Below the pieces are notes generated by a model. That model ran no database searches, was not told where the DNA came from, and saw nothing but the letters and a program-made list of their open reading frames with translations. 64,000 nucleotides of DNA, from contig CAWHFW010000005.1 of assembly GCA_963828735.1 (NCBI GenBank), positions 832,001-896,000 on the forward strand, in the 5' to 3' direction. Below, one piece after another: positions 59,273 to 64,000 of the stretch (within the stretch, counting starts at the first letter, position 1; the number at the start of each line of letters is the position of its first letter). The position numbers and the translations under genes were made by a program. The DNA comes from an uncultured Gemmatimonadales bacterium (GTDB lineage: Bacteria; Gemmatimonadota; Gemmatimonadetes; Gemmatimonadales; GWC2-71-9).

Positions 59273-60289
59273 ATGAGCACGACCCTGCCCGCCCAGCGTC
59301 CCCGCCGCACCTTCCCCGAGATCTCCGCCGTCTCGTGGGAGCATCAGGCCGACCGGGCCGCCCTGCAGACGCTGCGATCCATCCCCGGCGTGGACGAGGT
59401 CATCCGGAAGACGCTGGCGCTGCTGGGCGGCGAGCGCGGCGTCCGGCTGCTCTTTCAGGGCAACGCCGTTCGCATCGGGCCGGCGCAGTTCCCCAAGCTC
59501 TGGCACCTCCACAACGAGGTGGTCACCACCTTCGATTGGCCCACGGTCCCGGAGCTGTACGTCTCGCAAACGCCGTTCTTCAACGCGGGCGCTTACGGCA
59601 TCGACAAGCCATTCATCGTCATTCACTCCGCGGCCGTCGAGCTGCTGGACGACGATGAGCTCCGGGTGCTGCTCTCGCACGAGCTCGGCCACGTCATGAG
59701 CGGCCACGCACTCTACCGTACCATCGCCGCGATCCTCGCGCTCATCAGCCTCGGCGCCCTCCCGACGCTCGCGAGTCTGGCCGTGCTGCCGGTCCGCCTG
59801 GCGTTCCTCGAGTGGTCGCGGAAGTCCGAGCTCTCCGCGGACCGCGCCGGGGTGCTCGGCGCTCAGGACATCGTGGCCGCGCAGCGCCTGGACATGAAGA
59901 TGGCCGGCGGAGGGCGCGGCAACGGCTTCGCGGGACAGCTCAACGTGGATGCGTTCATGCAGCAGGCGCACGAGTATGCGGCGAGCGGCGAAGGTCTGGA
60001 CGTGGTCTACAAGGTGCTCAGCACGCTCGCGCTCACGCATCCGATGCACACCGTCCGGGCCGCGGAACTTCAGCGCTGGGTCAACGGCGGCGACTACGAC
60101 CGCATCCTCCGAGGCGAGTACTCCCGCCGCGGATCCGAGACCACGGAGCGCCCCCTGGGCGACGACCTGAACGCCGCCGGCACCTACTACGCGGGCGAGG
60201 CGCGCGAGCTCGCCAGCCAGGTCGCCGAGGCGGCGAAGCGAGCCGCGGAGCGCGCCCGCGACGCCTTCCGGAACGCGCAGAAGTCGTGA
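59273..60289 (+). CDS. M48 family metallopeptidase
   Basis: NAGAYG, HELGH, ELSADRAG, THP. Confidence 0.9.
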   Translation: MSTTLPAQRPRRTFPEISAVSWEHQADRAALQTLRSIPGVDEVIRKTLALLGGERGVRLLFQGNAVRIGPAQFPKLWHLHNEVVTTFDWPTVPELYVSQTPFFNAGAYGIDKPFIVIHSAAVELLDDDELRVLLSHELGHVMSGHALYRTIAAILALISLGALPTLASLAVLPVRLAFLEWSRKSELSADRAGVLGAQDIVAAQRLDMKMAGGGRGNGFAGQLNVDAFMQQAHEYAASGEGLDVVYKVLSTLALTHPMHTVRAAELQRWVNGGDYDRILRGEYSRRGSETTERPLGDDLNAAGTYYAGEARELASQVAEAAKRAAERARDAFRNAQKS

Positions 60290-61575
60290 GGCTCCTGGTC
60301 GTCGGCGGCGGCGGGCGAGAGCACGCGCTCTGCTGGGCCCTCCGCCGCGAAAATCCCGACGGCGACCTGTTCTGCGCGCCCGGGAATCCGGGTACCGCCG
60401 AGCTCGGCACCAACCTCCCCATCGCCGCCGACGATCTCGACCGCATCGCGGATGCGGCGGACATGCACGGCATCGATCTCACGATCATCGGTCCCGAGGT
60501 ACCGCTCGCCCGCGGCCTGGCCGATCGCCTTCGCGCCGAAGGCCGGGCGGTTTTCGGACCGAGCGCGGCGGCTGCGCAGCTCGAGGCCTCGAAGGCGTTC
60601 TCGAAGGAGGTCATGGCGGCGGCGGGCATCCCTACGGCCGCGAGCCGCACCTTTCAGGACCTCGCCGAGGCTCTCGCGTACGTGGACCGGCACGCCGAGC
60701 CCCTGGTGGTGAAGGCCTCGGGCCTGGCCGCCGGGAAGGGAGCCGTGGTGTGCGCCACGCGCGCCGACGCGGCCGGCACGGTTCGCTCGATGCTGGGCGA
60801 GCGGACTTTCGGCGAGGCCGGCGCGACCGTGGTCATCGAGGACTATCTCGTCGGCGAAGAGATCTCCGTCCTCGCCCTGACCGACGGACGCGAGGTCGAG
60901 ATCCTGCCCGTGTCCCAGGACCACAAGCGTCTGCTCGAGGGCGACACCGGACCGAACACGGGCGGCATGGGCGCCTACAGCCCCGTGGCGATCGCGACGC
61001 CCGCCATTCTGGATCGCGCGCGCCGGGAGGTCCTGTACCCGGCGTTGACCGAGATGGTCAGGCGTGGCACGCCGTTCACGGGCGTGCTCTACGCGGGCCT
61101 GATGGTGGACGATCAGGGTACGCCGTGGGTGGTGGAGTTCAACTGCCGGCTGGGAGATCCCGAGACGCAAGTGGTGCTGCCGCTCGTCTCTGCCGGGCTC
61201 ACGGACGCGCTCTGGCGGGTTGCTCGGGGCGAGGGTGTCGCGCCGATTGCCCGTCGCGCCGGCGAGGCATCCGTGACCACGGTGCTCGCCTCGCGCGGAT
61301 ATCCGGATCATCCGGAGAAGGGCGCCGCGATCACCATCCCCGCACAGCTTCCTCCGGGCGTCACCGTCTTTCACGCGGGCACCGCGCGGGGCGCCGACGG
61401 CGTACTCCGCGCGAGCGGTGGGCGCGTCCTCAACGTGACGGCCGTGGCCCCCACGTTCGCCGAGGCGCAGCGCTTGAGCCGCGAGACCGCCGAGGCGATC
61501 GAGTTCGAGGGAAAGGTCTTTCGCCGGGACATCGGCTGGAGGGAAGCGGCAAGACAGAATGCGGAGGTGGGCTGA
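60286..61575 (+). CDS. purD: Phosphoribosylamine-glycine ligase
   Basis: GGGGREHA, GPEVPL, KASGLAAGKG, QDHKR, GPNTGGMG, EFNCRLGDPE. Confidence 0.97.
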   Translation: MRLLVVGGGGREHALCWALRRENPDGDLFCAPGNPGTAELGTNLPIAADDLDRIADAADMHGIDLTIIGPEVPLARGLADRLRAEGRAVFGPSAAAAQLEASKAFSKEVMAAAGIPTAASRTFQDLAEALAYVDRHAEPLVVKASGLAAGKGAVVCATRADAAGTVRSMLGERTFGEAGATVVIEDYLVGEEISVLALTDGREVEILPVSQDHKRLLEGDTGPNTGGMGAYSPVAIATPAILDRARREVLYPALTEMVRRGTPFTGVLYAGLMVDDQGTPWVVEFNCRLGDPETQVVLPLVSAGLTDALWRVARGEGVAPIARRAGEASVTTVLASRGYPDHPEKGAAITIPAQLPPGVTVFHAGTARGADGVLRASGGRVLNVTAVAPTFAEAQRLSRETAEAIEFEGKVFRRDIGWREAARQNAEVG

Positions 61576-61635
61576 CGCCGTTCAGGTTCCTTCCGCACGA
61601 CGTCCGGGCTGCGCCTCCCGTTACATTTCCCACCG

Positions 61636-62460
61636 ATGCCCGAGCTTCCCGAAGTCGAAACCATCGTCCGTGACATCCGCCCCGCTCTCGTCGGCCGCCA
61701 GCTCGGCCGAGTCTCGCTGAGTCATGACGACATCCTGCGTGGCGTGAGCCGGCGGCGCCTCGTCCGCGACGTGAGCGGCGCCACCGTTCATGCCGTCTCC
61801 CGCCGCGCCAAGCACGCGGTGCTCGACCTCGGCGGCCGGCGCCTCATCGTGCAACCGGGGATGACCGGCTCGCTCATCGTCTACGATCGGCCGCTGGACG
61901 CCGACGAGGCGCGGTACGCCGTGCTGCGCGCGCCGCTCGACAACGGGCGAGAGCTGGTCTACCGCGATGTGCGGCGCATCGGCAAGCTGCTGCTGCTCGA
62001 CGAGAAGGGATGGCGGCGCTACACCGACGCGATCGGTCCGGAGCCCCTCGCCACGAGCTTCACACCTGAACGCTTCGGAGAAGTCCTGGGCGGCTCTCGC
62101 CAAGCAGTGAAGAAGGTGCTCATGGATCAGCGCCACCTGGCGGGGGTCGGAAACATCTACGCGAACGAGGCCCTGTTCGCGGCGGGGATCGACCCGTCGA
62201 AGCCAGCGCGGCGCCTCGACGCCGACGACCACCGTCGTCTGCATGCCGAGCTCCGCCGCATCCTGCGGGCGGCGATCCGCTCGAATGGCACGACGGTTCG
62301 GGACTATCGCACCGGCACGGGCCAGTCCGGCAGCTTCCAGCTCGAGCTCCTCGTGTACGGCCGCGACGGCGAGCCCTGCCGTCACTGCGGCACGCGTCTG
62401 GTCGGGACCCACGCGATCGACGGCCGCATCACCGTCTTCTGCCATCGCTGCCAGTCGTGA
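61636..62460 (+). CDS. mutM: Formamidopyrimidine-DNA glycosylase
   Basis: MPELPEVE, GMTG, GVGNIYANE, C-terminal Zn finger CRHC..CHRCQ. Confidence 0.96.
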   Translation: MPELPEVETIVRDIRPALVGRQLGRVSLSHDDILRGVSRRRLVRDVSGATVHAVSRRAKHAVLDLGGRRLIVQPGMTGSLIVYDRPLDADEARYAVLRAPLDNGRELVYRDVRRIGKLLLLDEKGWRRYTDAIGPEPLATSFTPERFGEVLGGSRQAVKKVLMDQRHLAGVGNIYANEALFAAGIDPSKPARRLDADDHRRLHAELRRILRAAIRSNGTTVRDYRTGTGQSGSFQLELLVYGRDGEPCRHCGTRLVGTHAIDGRITVFCHRCQS

Positions 62461-63596
62461 GCCGCTCGCAACGCGCGCAGCGCGCCGCCCCCCTGCCTTC
62501 GACCGACCTCGACCAGCTCCGCCAGCGCGTGCGCGCGCTCGCGGAGAACCGGCCGGCGATCTATCGCATGACGGACGCGTTGGGACGGGTGATCTACGTC
62601 GGCAAGGCCAAGCGACTGCGCACACGGCTCCTGACGTACTTCCGGGCGGAGTATCCCGACGACAAGGCGGCCCGGATTCTCTACGCGGCGAGTGACATCG
62701 CCTGGGATTACGTGCCCAGCGAGTTCGCCGCCTACCTCGGCGAGCTGCGGCAGATCCGGAAGTTCCGCCCGCACTTCAACTATCGTGGCAACGTGACGCG
62801 GCGCTCCGTCCTCATCAAGATCTCCGGGGATCCGGCGCCGCGGGTGTATGCCGGGGCGACCGTCGCGAAGACCGACGCGTGCTGTTACGGTCCCTTCCGA
62901 TCGCTCGGCCGAACTCTCGAGGCCGTTCGGACGCTCAACGACCTGCTCGGCCTCAGGGACTGCACGCTGGAGATGCCGGCGGTGTACGCAGGCCAGGCTG
63001 ACCTCTTCGACCAGCCTCGCCAGGCCGGATGCATGCGCCACGAGTTCGGATTCTGCGCCGGCCCGTGCGCGGGCCTCGTGACGCAGCTGGACTACCGGCG
63101 GCGGGTGGAGACGGCGATGGCATTCCTCGAGGGCCGGACCATCCAGCCGATCGATCGTGTCGTCGCGGCAATGCAGGATGCGGCGGCCCAGGCGCGGTTC
63201 GAGGTCGCCGCGCGGTGGCGAGAAAGGTTCGAGCAGCTCGAGTGGCTGCTGGCCGCCACGAGCCGGGCACGTTGCGCGCGCGACCTGCTGACATTCGTGT
63301 ACCGCGATCCCGGTGACTTCGGCGACGACCGGGTCTACCTCGTTCGGCAGGGCGTGGTACGGGCGTCCTTTCCTTATCCCGCGACGCCCATCGAGCGCGA
63401 GGCCTTTCGGGCCGTCGTGGCCGACGAGGCGGCCAGACCGGCACCGCCCTCGGGGCCGCTGCCCCTCGAATCGATCGACGAGATCCTGCTGCTCATGTCC
63501 TGGTTTCGCGCGCACCCGGAGGCCCTCCGCCGAACGACGCCATACGAGGACTGGGCGACGGAGAGCAGCCCCAGACCCCTAACGTCCGCCCGTTAG
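62457..63596 (+). CDS. UvrC N-terminal-like / Cho-like GIY-YIG nuclease with UVR domain
   Basis: PAIYRM..IYVGKAKRLR.RL..YF, YGPF, Cys cluster DC..GC..FCAGPC, UVR motif MQDAA...FEVAARWR. Confidence 0.85.
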   Translation: MSRSQRAQRAAPLPSTDLDQLRQRVRALAENRPAIYRMTDALGRVIYVGKAKRLRTRLLTYFRAEYPDDKAARILYAASDIAWDYVPSEFAAYLGELRQIRKFRPHFNYRGNVTRRSVLIKISGDPAPRVYAGATVAKTDACCYGPFRSLGRTLEAVRTLNDLLGLRDCTLEMPAVYAGQADLFDQPRQAGCMRHEFGFCAGPCAGLVTQLDYRRRVETAMAFLEGRTIQPIDRVVAAMQDAAAQARFEVAARWRERFEQLEWLLAATSRARCARDLLTFVYRDPGDFGDDRVYLVRQGVVRASFPYPATPIEREAFRAVVADEAARPAPPSGPLPLESIDEILLLMSWFRAHPEALRRTTPYEDWATESSPRPLTSAR

Positions 63597-63660
63597 GACA
63601 GATCCCCGGATCACATTCTGTAACCTCCTGAAACACGGACGTTTGGATGCCTGCACTTCC

Positions 63661-63675
63661 TGGCATCCACCGTGC
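63661..63675 (+). promoter_or_regulatory. Candidate sigma-54 promoter
   Basis: TGGCATCCACCGTGC with GG-N10-GC spacing, about 54 nt upstream of the ATG at 63729. Confidence 0.4.
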
Positions 63676-63728
63676 CTGACCTCCCGCCGTTGCGCGGTTC
63701 GCGCAATCCACACGTCTGGGAGGATCAC

Positions 63729-64000
63729 ATGGTTCGGAAGCTACTTCTCGCCGGCACGGTTGCCGGCCTCGCCCTGACGGCGCCGCTCGCCGCGCAGGGT
63801 CCGTCGTTCGGCCTCACCCCATATGCGGGATACATGAAGTTCGGCAGCCTCGTCGCCGGTCCGTTCGGCACGAGCGTCAAGAATGCCGGCGCCGCCGTGT
63901 ACGGCGCGGAGGCGCAGCTCGGGCTCACCAACGGAGTCGCCCTCGTGGGAAACGTCGCCTATACCCAGCCGGGGCTCGAGATCGGCGCTCCCGTCATCGG
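63729..64000 (+). CDS. Exported, probable outer-membrane beta-barrel protein (runs off window)
   Basis: GGAGG RBS; MVRKLLLAGTVAGLALTAPLAAQ signal, then LTPYAGY..YGAEAQLGL amphipathic strands. Confidence 0.7.
   Translation, partial: MVRKLLLAGTVAGLALTAPLAAQGPSFGLTPYAGYMKFGSLVAGPFGTSVKNAGAAVYGAEAQLGLTNGVALVGNVAYTQPGLEIGAPVI

Overview
High-GC bacterial chromosomal window. Gene content and style suggest Gemmatimonadota (inference). In order: (1) 1-6191, the end of a [NiFe]-hydrogenase maturation cluster (hypE, tandem SIS/GmhA-like protein, glutaredoxin-like protein, hypF, hypA, hypB, NiCoT-type Ni transporter), with many apparent frameshifts in the first ~3.2 kb that are probably long-read errors. 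(2) rhomboid, deoC and a double-domain ALDH; dnaK, degP, an M49-like peptidase and a Crp/REC pair. (3) tRNA-Leu(TAG) whose 3' 52 bp are duplicated 3.1 kb downstream, bracketing an integrase-less islet with a Ser/Thr kinase-TPR gene and a relic of a related gene. (4) tig-clpP-clpX-yihA. (5) A four-gene operon behind a Fur-box-like site: porin, FMN-binding protein, 4-TM His-motif protein and Tat-exported ApbE. This is the best candidate for an undescribed extracytoplasmic redox/iron system. (6) A his operon (hisC,B,H,NUDIX,F) headed by a PilB-REC fusion. (7) trpE, FHA-GAF-adenylate cyclase, maf, dtd, a GT4/AlkP-like/flippase-like cassette, HD-GYP-glmM-glmS, cystathionine lyase, M48 peptidase, purD, mutM and a truncated UvrC-like nuclease. 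No CRISPR array, rRNA, transposase or integrase was seen. All calls come from reading motifs by eye; no database searches were run.
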